Shown piece after piece: positions 1-8,451 of a stretch of 64,000 nucleotides of DNA. This DNA is from Candidatus Woesebacteria bacterium RBG_16_42_24. Its GTDB lineage: Bacteria; Patescibacteriota; Microgenomatia; UBA8517. The position numbers and the translations under genes were made by a program. Within the stretch, counting starts at the first letter, position 1. Every line of letters begins with the position of its first letter. The stretch is taken from the NCBI GenBank assembly GCA_001792115.1, contig MGFX01000006.1:146537-210536 (forward strand), written 5' to 3'. The notes beneath the pieces are model-generated. The model was not told where the DNA came from. It ran no database searches and worked only from the letters and a program-made list of their open reading frames with translations.

Positions 1-207
1 CGATTGGAAGCTATTTCTGTATTAAGTAAAAGATTAAGTAGGGAGGATTATCCCAGGAGAATTATCTTTGAATCTAAAATATTGCTAAAGCAGATCTATT
101 TTTGAGGCTAGAATGAAGTCGTTTTGGTGGAGGCCTCCAATTTTGTGGGTCCAGAGTTCAATCCTGACCTATTTTAGCTAAAAAATTCAAGTTAATTCTT
201 ATGGGGG

Positions 208-465
208 CTATCTTACCTTTTGATATTCTTCGTAGGCAGTTGTAAAAGCGGAATTTACCGCCTTCATCAGTTCAATAACTTTAGCCTTGACGTCTACAGA
301 TTTCACTACATCGTTTTCAGCAAATCTGTGGGCCCAGACCTCAATCAATTTGGTTATTGATTCTCCCTCTTCAGTCGTACCCCCCGAGCTGACTATAGAG
401 CGACGAACCTTTTCTGAGTCCCAGTCCTCGGTTGTACCGTCTCTTTTTAGTACAGCAAGCGTCAT
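208..465 (-). CDS. Standalone ATP-cone domain protein (NrdR-like ATP cone without zinc ribbon)
   Basis: 85 aa; VLKRDGTTEDWDSEKVRRSI matches the ATP-cone consensus (V.KRDG..E.F...KI..SI). Confidence 0.55.
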   Translation of the reverse strand: MTLAVLKRDGTTEDWDSEKVRRSIVSSGGTTEEGESITKLIEVWAHRFAENDVVKSVDVKAKVIELMKAVNSAFTTAYEEYQKVR

Positions 466-475
466 ATATTCATTT

Positions 476-548
476 TAGATCATTTATAACAGATTTCAAG
501 AACACCGCGAATTATTAATTCGCGGATGAATTGAAACTGATATGTCAT
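476..548 (-). repeat. Structured repeat element R, core copy 1 (reverse orientation), immediately 3' of the DUF2207 gene
   Basis: Reverse complement reads ATGACATATCAGTTTCAATTCATCC-hairpin(CCGCGAATTaatAATTCGCGG)-GTGTTCTTGAAATCTGTTATAAA, near-identical to 8343-8410. Confidence 0.6.
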
Positions 549-565
549 GGGAAACTTCTTAAGTC

Positions 566-2341
566 CTACCAACTTCCTCCTCCCCCTCCGCCAAAACCAC
601 CTCCAGAGCCTCCCCCACCTCCAAAACCTGATCCCCCACTCGCGGCACCCTTTGGCCTTGAGGCAGAAATTCCCGAGCCGAGTCCGGTATTAATATAGCC
701 AAGAGAGGCGTTAAAGTGAACGATATTTAAATTAGTTCCATGATACCAATTCAAGTTTTTAATATCAGCGTCTTTGAAGGCTTGAATAAACTTTTCGGTT
801 ATGCCAAAGGCGATAGCGTAAGGAAGAACCTCCTCAAAAAAGTTGTGTTTCTCATAGATTTTCGTTCGCCAGGAGCCTAAGTTTAGAACTTCTTTAAAAC
901 CTACTATTTCGGCTAAAGCCTTTCTTCCTTTACCAGTCCTTGCCGGCATAAAAAATGAGAAGGCGATGATAATAAGTCCTGAACCTATAAAAGCAATGAA
1001 AAAAGAGGCGGGGCTTACGATAAATGGTGCAATTCCGCCTCCCAAAAAAAATCCCGCAAAAATAGTGATTATTCCCACTGCCAAGTACTTATTTCTAACC
1101 TCGTCCGGCCGGCCCTCAAAATAGCCATTCATAGTTAGATCTTCATATAGATTCTTTTCCGCCTCTTTCAAGCTTTGGTAGGCTTTTGGATGGAGTTTGG
1201 TTAGTACCGCGGGAATATCTCGCTTTTCGCTAAATAACATATCAAGAACTGAAAGCTCGTAGGGCTTTAAGACCCCCTCATCTTTTTTGGTATAGTGAAG
1301 GGTAAACTTAGTTTTTCCGAAAAGCCCTTTTTTTGATTCCTCTTCGATTTTTATAAATCCTCGCCTCGCCAAATCTATGACTGTCGCCGTAATGTCTCGA
1401 AGGTGTGCTTTCTCGTCTACCAAGGTTCCAACTTCTCCCGGAGATAAATTCCTAGGGGGACTCACGCTTGTTGATATTGCGTTCAGGTTCTCCAAAAGTG
1501 GAACAGGCTCCTCCCCCAGTTGCTCGTTGAAGATGTCGATGAATTTTTTATCACGACCCTTTAGCATATAAAGCCTAAACATGATTATTAAGACCGCAAT
1601 CGGGACCAAATAAAGCCAATTGTCCAAAAGAAAAATGAGGAGTTTTTGGGCTGATGTGGGGAAAGTTAAGGCGGATTTATCAAGGGCAACTGCAACTGTT
1701 AAACCTTGTTGGGGGTCAACATTTTTTGTAGTGAACGTGGCGGTATCTCTCTCCGAGGTCTTTGTGCAGTTTTCTTCTTGACTACCGAAATAGCCGGTAA
1801 AACAGGCGGTATTTATGAGGCTTCCGTCTGGAGTATAGACGTTGGCAGTTGCAGAAAGTATCGAGACAGGCCAATCGTTACCGGTTACATTCCAATAGAG
1901 CTCGGCAGACTCACCTGGCGTGGTAATAACCTGGCTAACTTTGTAGGTGATTACGTAGGTATTTCTCCCTGTTATTGTCAGATCCGGATCGCCGATTCTA
2001 ATTTTTGTGTTATTTCCTTCCTTGGTGATTTTTGTTTCTAACTTCTTCCCACCGGAATCCGTGACAGAGAGAAGGTTGAGGCGAATATTTAAGTTATTGC
2101 CATATTGTGTTTGGTATTTGACGGGGATTGTCCGATAAATTCCATGCTTTTGCAACCCCGCAAAGTCCACGATTATCGTTTCCGTGACGCCAACCGTGGT
2201 GTCTTGATTAACTCTAATGTCCGCCTTAAAGCTTTCAATTATCCAACCAGTATCATCTTGGGCATAGACTTTTCCTTGGGTTGCAAGAAAGAAAAGAAGA
2301 AAAACACTAAACACGCTAAAAATTTTCCTTAAAAGGAGCAT
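566..2341 (-). CDS. DUF2207-family membrane protein with Gly-rich C-terminal tail
   Basis: 591 aa; signal peptide, central TM segments, terminal GGSGFGGGGGSGGGFGGGGGGSW tail typical of DUF2207. Confidence 0.6.
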   Translation of the reverse strand: MLLLRKIFSVFSVFLLFFLATQGKVYAQDDTGWIIESFKADIRVNQDTTVGVTETIIVDFAGLQKHGIYRTIPVKYQTQYGNNLNIRLNLLSVTDSGGKKLETKITKEGNNTKIRIGDPDLTITGRNTYVITYKVSQVITTPGESAELYWNVTGNDWPVSILSATANVYTPDGSLINTACFTGYFGSQEENCTKTSERDTATFTTKNVDPQQGLTVAVALDKSALTFPTSAQKLLIFLLDNWLYLVPIAVLIIMFRLYMLKGRDKKFIDIFNEQLGEEPVPLLENLNAISTSVSPPRNLSPGEVGTLVDEKAHLRDITATVIDLARRGFIKIEEESKKGLFGKTKFTLHYTKKDEGVLKPYELSVLDMLFSEKRDIPAVLTKLHPKAYQSLKEAEKNLYEDLTMNGYFEGRPDEVRNKYLAVGIITIFAGFFLGGGIAPFIVSPASFFIAFIGSGLIIIAFSFFMPARTGKGRKALAEIVGFKEVLNLGSWRTKIYEKHNFFEEVLPYAIAFGITEKFIQAFKDADIKNLNWYHGTNLNIVHFNASLGYINTGLGSGISASRPKGAASGGSGFGGGGGSGGGFGGGGGGSW

Positions 2342-2389
2342 AATACTAATTTATCATATAATCTGATACTCTAAAGGCATAATCTTTGG

Positions 2390-3157
2390 ATGAAAGCCAT
2401 TAAAATCCTATTTTTATTTCTTCTACTTATAGCAGTCGGGGTAGTAATGTTTAAAATAGGCAACGCAGTTCCTAAAAAAGAAACACCACTCCCCGCTCCT
2501 AAAGTAATGGGGGTATCGGAAGTTGTAGTGGCCGGCGAAGAATATTCCTTTACGACCATTAAAGTGACAGATGCTTCAAGAGTAAAACTTTTGCCGAACT
2601 TTTTGGAACAAAAGACGTCAGAAGAAATTATTAATGAAGGAAGATGTAAAAATTTGGTGAACGGAGGATTCTATTCGGAGAAATTTACACCCATTGGACT
2701 TTTTATAAGTGAGCGAGAAGAAATACAAAAGAGACAGATAAATGCAACATTTAACGGATTTTTTCTAGTAAGCGAAGGAAATATTCCTGAGATTTTAAGA
2801 GAGACTCGGGATGAGGAATATAGAATTGGTCTTCAAGCTGGCCCTATCCTCATTTTGAATTCCACCCCTTTAATACTTAAGCTTAAAGAGGAAGAGCAGG
2901 AGAAAGATAGAAGGGTTATTGTCGCGCTAAATGATAAAGGAGAGACATTTTTTATTGTCGTATTTACACAAAACTCTGTTTTTTCAGGACCGACCCTAGC
3001 ATCTCTACCTGAACTTTTACAAGAAGTTCAAAATTCCTTAGGCGAAAATTTTGTTTCTGCGCTAAACCTGGACGGAGGTGCTGCATCAACTTTTTGGGGT
3101 GAGGGGGCAAGACTCAAAGAGCTATCCCCTATCGGAAGTTACTTCTGTATAAACTAA
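2390..3157 (+). CDS. Phosphodiester glycosidase family protein (DUF2233/NAGPA-like)
   Basis: 255 aa; N-terminal signal anchor; C-terminal LNLDGGAASTFW motif resembles the DUF2233 LDGGGSS signature. Confidence 0.5.
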   Translation: MKAIKILFLFLLLIAVGVVMFKIGNAVPKKETPLPAPKVMGVSEVVVAGEEYSFTTIKVTDASRVKLLPNFLEQKTSEEIINEGRCKNLVNGGFYSEKFTPIGLFISEREEIQKRQINATFNGFFLVSEGNIPEILRETRDEEYRIGLQAGPILILNSTPLILKLKEEEQEKDRRVIVALNDKGETFFIVVFTQNSVFSGPTLASLPELLQEVQNSLGENFVSALNLDGGAASTFWGEGARLKELSPIGSYFCIN

Positions 3158-3160
3158 TAT

Positions 3161-3178
3161 CTCGCGCAGGAAATGGGG
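3161..3178 (+). repeat. Intergenic motif family 1 copy a (CTCGCGCAGGAAATGGGG), abuts stop of the SET gene
   Basis: Core CGCGCAGGAAATGGGG read directly; followed immediately by TTA (reverse-complement stop of 3179..3679). Confidence 0.7.
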
Positions 3179-3679
3179 TTAGTGTTTTCTTGTCAATCTG
3201 TCTATTTCGTTTTCGTGTTCCTTAACAAACCAGTTGTCTAAATATGGCAGATACCTAATCTGTAAATCTTTCGGCAACTTGAAAAAATTGCCTTGATATA
3301 CTCCTCTACAATTTTTACTTCCACAATGACAATCAAAAGTTCCATCGTTATATCCATTTATAGAATAATCATAAGTAATTTCATCGCCTTTTTTAATATC
3401 TTTCATCGCAAAAACTTTCCTTTTACCTTCTATTGTTTTTACATAAGTTGAGGAGTCACAAGAGTGATTGATGTGTCTTTCCGGAGGTTGCATCAAAACT
3501 ATTTTCCCATCGGCTAAATAGTCGCATTCATACTCATGTTGGTATTTTGTTAATTTGGAAGGATCTTTTACTGCGTGCGAGTCATTAATTTCTAAAACAA
3601 TTTCTCCTTTTTTGATGTTTTCTAAAGCATATACGCCTTTTCCTTGAATTTTAGAAACTTTTACTGTAACCCTTTTCAT
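3179..3679 (-). CDS. SET-domain protein (lysine methyltransferase fold) with post-SET Cys cluster
   Basis: 166 aa; NHSCDSS, GDEITYDY and CHCGSKNCRG motifs. Confidence 0.7.
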   Translation of the reverse strand: MKRVTVKVSKIQGKGVYALENIKKGEIVLEINDSHAVKDPSKLTKYQHEYECDYLADGKIVLMQPPERHINHSCDSSTYVKTIEGKRKVFAMKDIKKGDEITYDYSINGYNDGTFDCHCGSKNCRGVYQGNFFKLPKDLQIRYLPYLDNWFVKEHENEIDRLTRKH

Positions 3680-3707
3680 AATTGAAGTATATTTAGAAAT
3701 TTTTAAA

Positions 3708-3728
3708 CACCCGAAGGAAATGGGCCCC
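3708..3728 (+). repeat. Intergenic motif family 1 copy b (CACCCGAAGGAAATGGGCCCC)
   Basis: Degenerate copy of the GCAGGAAATGGGGCC core, 12 nt from the stop of 3741..4070. Confidence 0.55.
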
Positions 3729-3740
3729 TATGTTTGTCTT

Positions 3741-4070
3741 TTAGAACAGCTTGCCACCAAGCGGAACATCTTTGTCTGGTACAACAAGAATTGCTTTTCC
3801 TTCTTCATCAGGAAAACCCAAAGTTAGGACTTCTGATACTGCGGGTCCCATCTGAAAAGGTGGAAGGTTCACAACTCCTGCAATTAACCTTCCTTTAAGT
3901 TCTTCTTTTTTGTAATGAGTGAATTGACCGATTGATTTTTTGACTCCGATTTCCGGGCCAAAATCTACCTCCATCTTGTAACATGGTTTACGCGCCTCGG
4001 GGTAATCCTCAACCTTTACAATTTTTCCCACCCTTATGTCAAGTTTATTGAAGTCGTCAATAGTAGCCAT
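3741..4070 (-). CDS. csaA: tRNA-binding protein (CsaA/Trbp111-like OB-fold, EMAP domain)
   Basis: 109 aa; LDIRVGKIVKVEDYPEARKPCYKMEVDFG is typical of CsaA/YgjH tRNA-binding domains. Confidence 0.7.
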   Translation of the reverse strand: MATIDDFNKLDIRVGKIVKVEDYPEARKPCYKMEVDFGPEIGVKKSIGQFTHYKKEELKGRLIAGVVNLPPFQMGPAVSEVLTLGFPDEEGKAILVVPDKDVPLGGKLF

Positions 4071-4100
4071 TTCGAATATTATAGCAGTTTAATTTTTAGA

Positions 4101-4132
4101 GCCCACGCAGGAAATGGTTTTGAAATTGGGGG
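4101..4132 (+). repeat. Intergenic motif family 1 copy c (GCCCACGCAGGAAATGG...GGGGGC)
   Basis: ACGCAGGAAATGG core with flanking GCCC/GGGC arms; lies in the divergent region upstream of 3741..4070 and 4228..5091. Confidence 0.55.
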
Positions 4133-4227
4133 CCTGCTTACAGGGACGGTCCTTGTAAGCGACTACCAAAGCTGACGGTTGCATATCTGAATTTTTCCTA
4201 AACACCGGAAAAGATATAATAATAACT

Positions 4228-5091
4228 GTGATTATAAAAGGCAAAAAAGAATTTATTGACCAGATAACGAAATTCGACATAAAGACCAAATATGCAGTTG
4301 TAAAACCTAATTGGAAAAGTAACCATGAAGGCGAATTCACCGAGCCAGAAATACTTAGCTGGCTTTTTGAGGCTCTGCCAAACCAGAAAAAGATTGTCGT
4401 AGAAAGCTATACTCCCTGGAGAGGATTAAAATTTATTGAATCCGATTCTCATAAAGGAAAGGGAGTAACTCTTGATGGTGGTAAGGCTCACTGGGATTTC
4501 TACAAGGAGCAAGACCAGCATTTTTTAGGTACAACAGGAATAGGTAACGTATTAAAGAAACACAAAGTAGACTATATAAATATTACAAACGAAGTTTGGG
4601 GTGGAAAATGTATTGGTCCGGAGGTTATAAAAAAGGAAGTTACTGATAAGAAAGAAAGGATTACGTGGGAGGAGCTCTACTCCTATATACCTCAAAAACT
4701 TTATCAAATACGAAAATCGTCAACGCTAATCAGCTTGTCCAAAATTAAAATTGAGGAGGGTATCCAGGCAATCTATATTAGTATGTCAATAAAAAATCTT
4801 TTTGGACTTATTCCCCATCCATCTCGCTGGATACCTTTCCACGGAGAAAATCACGAGTCGGTATCAGAGGTAACGCGCGATATTTACACACTCTACACGC
4901 TTTTATTCGATAAGACCCTCTGGGTTGCTGAAGGCATTAAAACTTTAGTTAGAAATTATTGTGAGCCTCACCAAAAGGTGGTCGAAAATCAAAACTTATT
5001 ATTCGTTGGTCGGAGTGCAAAACAAGTTGATTCTGAAGCCTGCAAAATTCTTGGAATAGACCCCGCTAAGGTTCCCCATCTCCACTTATAA
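4228..5091 (+). CDS. Hypothetical protein, possibly DUF362-like
   Basis: 287 aa; N-terminal YAVVKPNW resembles the DUF362 start; otherwise unrecognised. Confidence 0.3.
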   Translation: MIIKGKKEFIDQITKFDIKTKYAVVKPNWKSNHEGEFTEPEILSWLFEALPNQKKIVVESYTPWRGLKFIESDSHKGKGVTLDGGKAHWDFYKEQDQHFLGTTGIGNVLKKHKVDYINITNEVWGGKCIGPEVIKKEVTDKKERITWEELYSYIPQKLYQIRKSSTLISLSKIKIEEGIQAIYISMSIKNLFGLIPHPSRWIPFHGENHESVSEVTRDIYTLYTLLFDKTLWVAEGIKTLVRNYCEPHQKVVENQNLLFVGRSAKQVDSEACKILGIDPAKVPHLHL

Positions 5092-5113
5092 CTACGTAAG
5101 AAAATTCACACTA

Positions 5114-5129
5114 CTCGCGCAGGAAACGG
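5114..5129 (+). repeat. Intergenic motif family 1 copy d (CTCGCGCAGGAAACGG)
   Basis: Between the convergent stops of 4228..5091 and 5139..5819. Confidence 0.6.
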
Positions 5130-5138
5130 TCTTCGTCT

Positions 5139-5819
5139 TTATGCTAAGACATAATCCGCGTAAGCGATTGTAAGAAGCTCGTCTTCGACTATTTGCATCT
5201 CTGCAAGCCTTATGTCCTCTTCGCTGTACTCTTCATCTGGCCCGAGCTCTAAACGGTCTCTAACCATAAAATCTGTTGGTTTGTAGTGGTCTGGAAACAC
5301 GCGTTTTGCAACAAGAATGTCTTTCAGAAAAGCCGACCATTCCACCGTCTCACTACTTTGGGTCAAACTGCTTTTCTCGATGGAACCAACCTCTTTTGCC
5401 AAGTCTCTAAGTGGTTGAGGAATCCTATGCCACCCTGCGGGCTGCCTGCTATTTCGTATTACCTTTTCACCGCCGCCTAAATCTTTACCAATGAGTATTG
5501 TGGGGAAACCTCTGGCATTAACCGGAGTTAGAACAAACCCGACTGAAATTCCGCCGTCAGGCGTTTTGACGGAGAACTGCTTAGGATCTGTTTGCACAAT
5601 TCGAATTGCAAGGAGTTTGTTATCGATTGTCGGAATGGAGAAAAACTTTTCTCCCAAAACCCAGCCGCCAAACTGCCTAAAGTCGTAGCCCGGCCAGTCG
5701 CTAAAATCCCAATCACTACCTTCAGGTTCGGCTCCGGTAAGATAGTCCTTATTGGACATAATTTCACCAAGGATATCCGAAAACGAAAGCGTGGTTTCCT
5801 CTTCTTCTTTCCCTGCCAT
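5139..5819 (-). CDS. Hypothetical protein
   Basis: 226 aa ORF, acidic N-terminus, no recognisable motif. Confidence 0.4.
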   Translation of the reverse strand: MAGKEEEETTLSFSDILGEIMSNKDYLTGAEPEGSDWDFSDWPGYDFRQFGGWVLGEKFFSIPTIDNKLLAIRIVQTDPKQFSVKTPDGGISVGFVLTPVNARGFPTILIGKDLGGGEKVIRNSRQPAGWHRIPQPLRDLAKEVGSIEKSSLTQSSETVEWSAFLKDILVAKRVFPDHYKPTDFMVRDRLELGPDEEYSEEDIRLAEMQIVEDELLTIAYADYVLA

Positions 5820-5863
5820 ATATTTTTAGAAAAAGTGAGGGAAATTATAACATAAATAATTCG

Positions 5864-5886
5864 GAGGCCGCGCAGGAAATGGGGCC
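5864..5886 (+). repeat. Intergenic motif family 1 copy e (GGAGGCCGCGCAGGAAATGGGGCC), abuts stop of 5887..6165
   Basis: Full core flanked by GGCC arms; TTA stop follows directly. Confidence 0.7.
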
Positions 5887-6165
5887 TTATGCCGAAGATT
5901 GAATTTGGAGTTTCTTTTCAACTTTTGAAATTCTAGGTTCGTGATCTTCATAAACTTTATGAGTTAATATTTCCTGCCCTTCTCTTATTACCTTGAGCTC
6001 GCCCATTACCTCATCCATTTTTCCATAAAATTCATCTTTTGTTGGAAGGTGACTGATATCATCTTTAGTTGCGATTCTGTTTTCAATAGCATCATCCAAC
6101 CGTTCGTCAAATGTAACTTCCATTAAGTCTTTAATCGCCATGAGATCTTTGTTTGTAAGTGCCAT
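5887..6165 (-). CDS. Hypothetical small protein
   Basis: 92 aa, charged and helical, no known motif. Confidence 0.35.
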   Translation of the reverse strand: MALTNKDLMAIKDLMEVTFDERLDDAIENRIATKDDISHLPTKDEFYGKMDEVMGELKVIREGQEILTHKVYEDHEPRISKVEKKLQIQSSA

Positions 6166-6211
6166 AGCGCTATTTAACTATAGAACGCCTATTTCGTCAA
6201 GCAAAAGATAT

Positions 6212-6235
6212 GTGGCCCGCGCAGGAAATGGGGCC
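6212..6235 (+). repeat. Intergenic motif family 1 copy f (GTGGCCCGCGCAGGAAATGGGGCC)
   Basis: Full core with GGCCC/GGGCC arms in the divergent region between 5887..6165 and 6263..7255. Confidence 0.7.
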
Positions 6236-6262
6236 TCAATGTATCCAATTTGGTAAACTTAC

Positions 6263-7255
6263 TTGATGGATAAAAATATAAAGCCGGGTTACAAAAAATA
6301 TTTGGCTTCAATGCACGGAAAGTTTATTACCCCCGATGATGTGATTAGAGAGGTTGTAAAAGAGGGGGCTGGTAATTTGGTATCGAAAAAACGAATTATT
6401 GCAGGCGAAGTGAGTGAGGTATACAACATTATTTTAGAAAACAAAAAGCCCGTAATCCTTCGAATTTCAAGAAGTCCACGGCCAAACTTTCTTCAAGATA
6501 AGTGGGCAATGGAGCAAGTCAAAAAGCTGGGTGTTCCTGTTCCTGAAATCCTACTTATTAAATACCTAATTGTTGGGAATCAAGAACTTTCCTTTTGTTT
6601 AATGGAGAAAGCGGAAGGAAAATCACTCGAGAGGGGGGGCATAAATTTTGAATCGCTTCCCGAAGCAATAAGGAAATCGTATATCTTACAAGCTGGAGAA
6701 ATTCTATCCAAAATTCACTCCATTGAAACCCTAGGTTTTGGATGGATTATTGGAGAGGGAAAGGCGGAATACAACACCTCTGAAGAAATTATTGACGAAC
6801 TGTTAAAAAGAAAAGAGAGGATATATAAGGTCGCTGATGCTCAAAAGTTTGATCGACGGCTTGTCGACGAAGCCCTGGACATTGTAGGCAGATTCAGGGA
6901 AAGATATTCTCACATTAACCCCCACCTAAACCATGCAGACTACGGGCACAAGCACTTTATGGTAAAGAAGGGAAAAATTGTGGCTGTTTTGGATTGGGGT
7001 GGAGTACGAAGCGATTCACCAATATATGATTTCGCTAATTGGGATTATTGGTACGGGCATTACATTCCGACCAATTGGTTAAAAGAAGGCTACCAGAACA
7101 AACAACTATTTGACGAGAATTTTGAAGACACCCTTCACGTTATGAGAATCATGAAAGGGATAGAAATAGCCGATTGGTACGAGTCGCAAAACTATGGAGA
7201 GGCAGTTGAAAAAGCACTTGCCAAGTTGACCGATGACTTGAATTACTTCAAGTGA
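6263..7255 (+). CDS. Phosphotransferase-family protein (APH/choline-kinase-like fold)
   Basis: 330 aa; LNHADYGHKHFMV (Brenner-like HxD motif) and VLDWGG (DxG) arrangement of the APH/kinase-like family. Confidence 0.55.
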   Translation: MMDKNIKPGYKKYLASMHGKFITPDDVIREVVKEGAGNLVSKKRIIAGEVSEVYNIILENKKPVILRISRSPRPNFLQDKWAMEQVKKLGVPVPEILLIKYLIVGNQELSFCLMEKAEGKSLERGGINFESLPEAIRKSYILQAGEILSKIHSIETLGFGWIIGEGKAEYNTSEEIIDELLKRKERIYKVADAQKFDRRLVDEALDIVGRFRERYSHINPHLNHADYGHKHFMVKKGKIVAVLDWGGVRSDSPIYDFANWDYWYGHYIPTNWLKEGYQNKQLFDENFEDTLHVMRIMKGIEIADWYESQNYGEAVEKALAKLTDDLNYFK

Positions 7256-7276
7256 TTATTAGCATTTAAGCGCTTA

Positions 7277-7295
7277 CAGCGAAGGAAGTGGGACC
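7277..7295 (+). repeat. Intergenic motif family 1 copy g, degenerate (CAGCGAAGGAAGTGGGACC)
   Basis: Matches copy b (CGAAGGAAaTGGGcCC); sits 2 nt from the RidA stop. Confidence 0.45.
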
Positions 7296-7297
7296 AT

Positions 7298-7648
7298 TTA
7301 GCCTTTTGAAGCTATCAAACTAATTTCAATTTTCGCACCCATTGGCAGCTCCTTCACACATACAGTTTCTCTGGCTGGATAAGGTTCCGAAAAATAACTT
7401 CCATAAATTTCGTTAACATCCCCGTATAAGGACATGTCTGTTACATAAATCGTGGTTTTAACAACGTCGGCAAAAGTCACACCCGCTTTTTCAAGTACCC
7501 CTTTCAAATTTTTCATTACCTGATGGGTTTGCTCTTTTATACTTCCCTCCAAAAGTTTTCCCTCCGGAGTCAAATAAACCTGACCTGATGTAAAGACAAA
7601 ATTGTCTTTTGTAACGGAGGGAGAAAAAGGGAGTTTTGGGTGACCCAT
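7298..7648 (-). CDS. ridA: RidA/YjgF-family protein (reactive intermediate deaminase)
   Basis: 116 aa; C-terminal PARETVCVKELPMGAKIEI matches the RidA signature. Confidence 0.8.
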   Translation of the reverse strand: MGHPKLPFSPSVTKDNFVFTSGQVYLTPEGKLLEGSIKEQTHQVMKNLKGVLEKAGVTFADVVKTTIYVTDMSLYGDVNEIYGSYFSEPYPARETVCVKELPMGAKIEISLIASKG

Positions 7649-7670
7649 ACGAGCTGATTATATCAAAACC

Positions 7671-7689
7671 TGTGTGCAGGAAGTAGGTT
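7671..7689 (+). repeat. Intergenic motif family 1 copy h, degenerate (TGTGTGCAGGAAGTAGGTT)
   Basis: 13/18 match to copy a; just 3' of the stop of 7697..8242. Confidence 0.4.
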
Positions 7690-7696
7690 CTTGTAA

Positions 7697-8242
7697 TTAT
7701 TCCAGAAGATATTCCCAGCCTGGTTGCCAAGCTTTTTTCTTTCTCCAATCCTCGGCAAAAGCTTGCTTCCAAGTTTTTCCTTTTATAAGTACATCCAAAG
7801 CCAGCTGAGGTGCTTTATGGGCAACAATGGCGACATGTTTTCCATCGTAATTTTCTTTTAAGAAATCCAAAAAATCCTGAATTCTTTTCTCAACATCTTC
7901 GTAGCTTTCACCATTGGGAAACCTTTTTGTAATATTTTCTTCTTGCTTCGGCTCGACAATCTTCGATGGTTTGCCGTTTAAATCCCCATAATTACACTCA
8001 CGTAATCTCTTATCGTAAATAATTTCAACAATCCCGCCAAAAGTGAGATTTGCTGAATCTGCCGATCTTTTCAAATCAGAACAGAAGACAACATCAAATT
8101 TCTTGCCCTTTACTTGCTTTCTCAGCTCTTTCGACTCCCGTACTCCTTTTTCAGAAAGTTCTGCATCCGACCAACCAGAAGATATCCCCGTCTCATTATC
8201 GGTAGTTGTCCCATGAACAAAATATGTAATTTTTACAGGCAT
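7697..8242 (-). CDS. Histidine phosphatase family protein (phosphoglycerate-mutase-like)
   Basis: 181 aa; N-terminal FVHGTTTDNE (RHG-like) and SDLKRS motifs. Confidence 0.6.
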   Translation of the reverse strand: MPVKITYFVHGTTTDNETGISSGWSDAELSEKGVRESKELRKQVKGKKFDVVFCSDLKRSADSANLTFGGIVEIIYDKRLRECNYGDLNGKPSKIVEPKQEENITKRFPNGESYEDVEKRIQDFLDFLKENYDGKHVAIVAHKAPQLALDVLIKGKTWKQAFAEDWRKKKAWQPGWEYLLE

Positions 8243-8261
8243 AAATAAATTTATGACATCC

Positions 8262-8412
8262 TCCGCGGACTAAAAGTCCGCGGTTTCCCTTCAAAGGAGG
8301 ATGATACTTCGACAAGCTCAGTATCATTCTGAGTATTATCGAAGAATGACATATCAGTTTCAATTCATCCCCGATTTAATCGGGGTGTTCTTGAAATCTG
8401 TTATAAACTTGA
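8262..8412 (+). repeat. Structured repeat element R, full copy 2 (nested hairpins + conserved core)
   Basis: CATCCTCC-[GCGGAC...GTCCGC]-GGAGGATG nested hairpin, then the CTTCGA...TCGAAG hairpin, then core ATGACATATCAG...CCCCGATTtaaTCGGGG...TGTTATAAA. Confidence 0.6.
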
Positions 8413-8421
8413 TTTATTCTA

Positions 8422-8450
8422 CTTCGGGGCTAATTTGAAGACAAATTATT
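8422..8450 (+). repeat. Intergenic motif family 2 copy a (CTTCGGGGCTAATTTGAAGACAAATTATT), abuts stop of the HAD gene
   Basis: Read directly; ends 1 nt before the CTA (TAG) stop of 8452..9102. Confidence 0.7.
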
Positions 8451-8451
8451 T

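Noticed and set aside
121-170. tRNA-like T-arm sequence (GGGTCCAGAGTTCAATCCTGACC) plus GGAGGCCTCC hairpin near the window start
   Set aside because: No acceptor, D-arm or anticodon arm can be folded, and the T-stem does not pair cleanly. It could be the 3' end of a tRNA, tmRNA or another RNA lying mostly outside the window, and it cannot be supported from this sequence alone.
4089-4340. 83-aa minus-strand ORF overlapping the start of 4228..5091
   Set aside because: It reads through family-1 motif copy c, overlaps a better-supported + gene by 110 nt and has no motif, so it is likely spurious.
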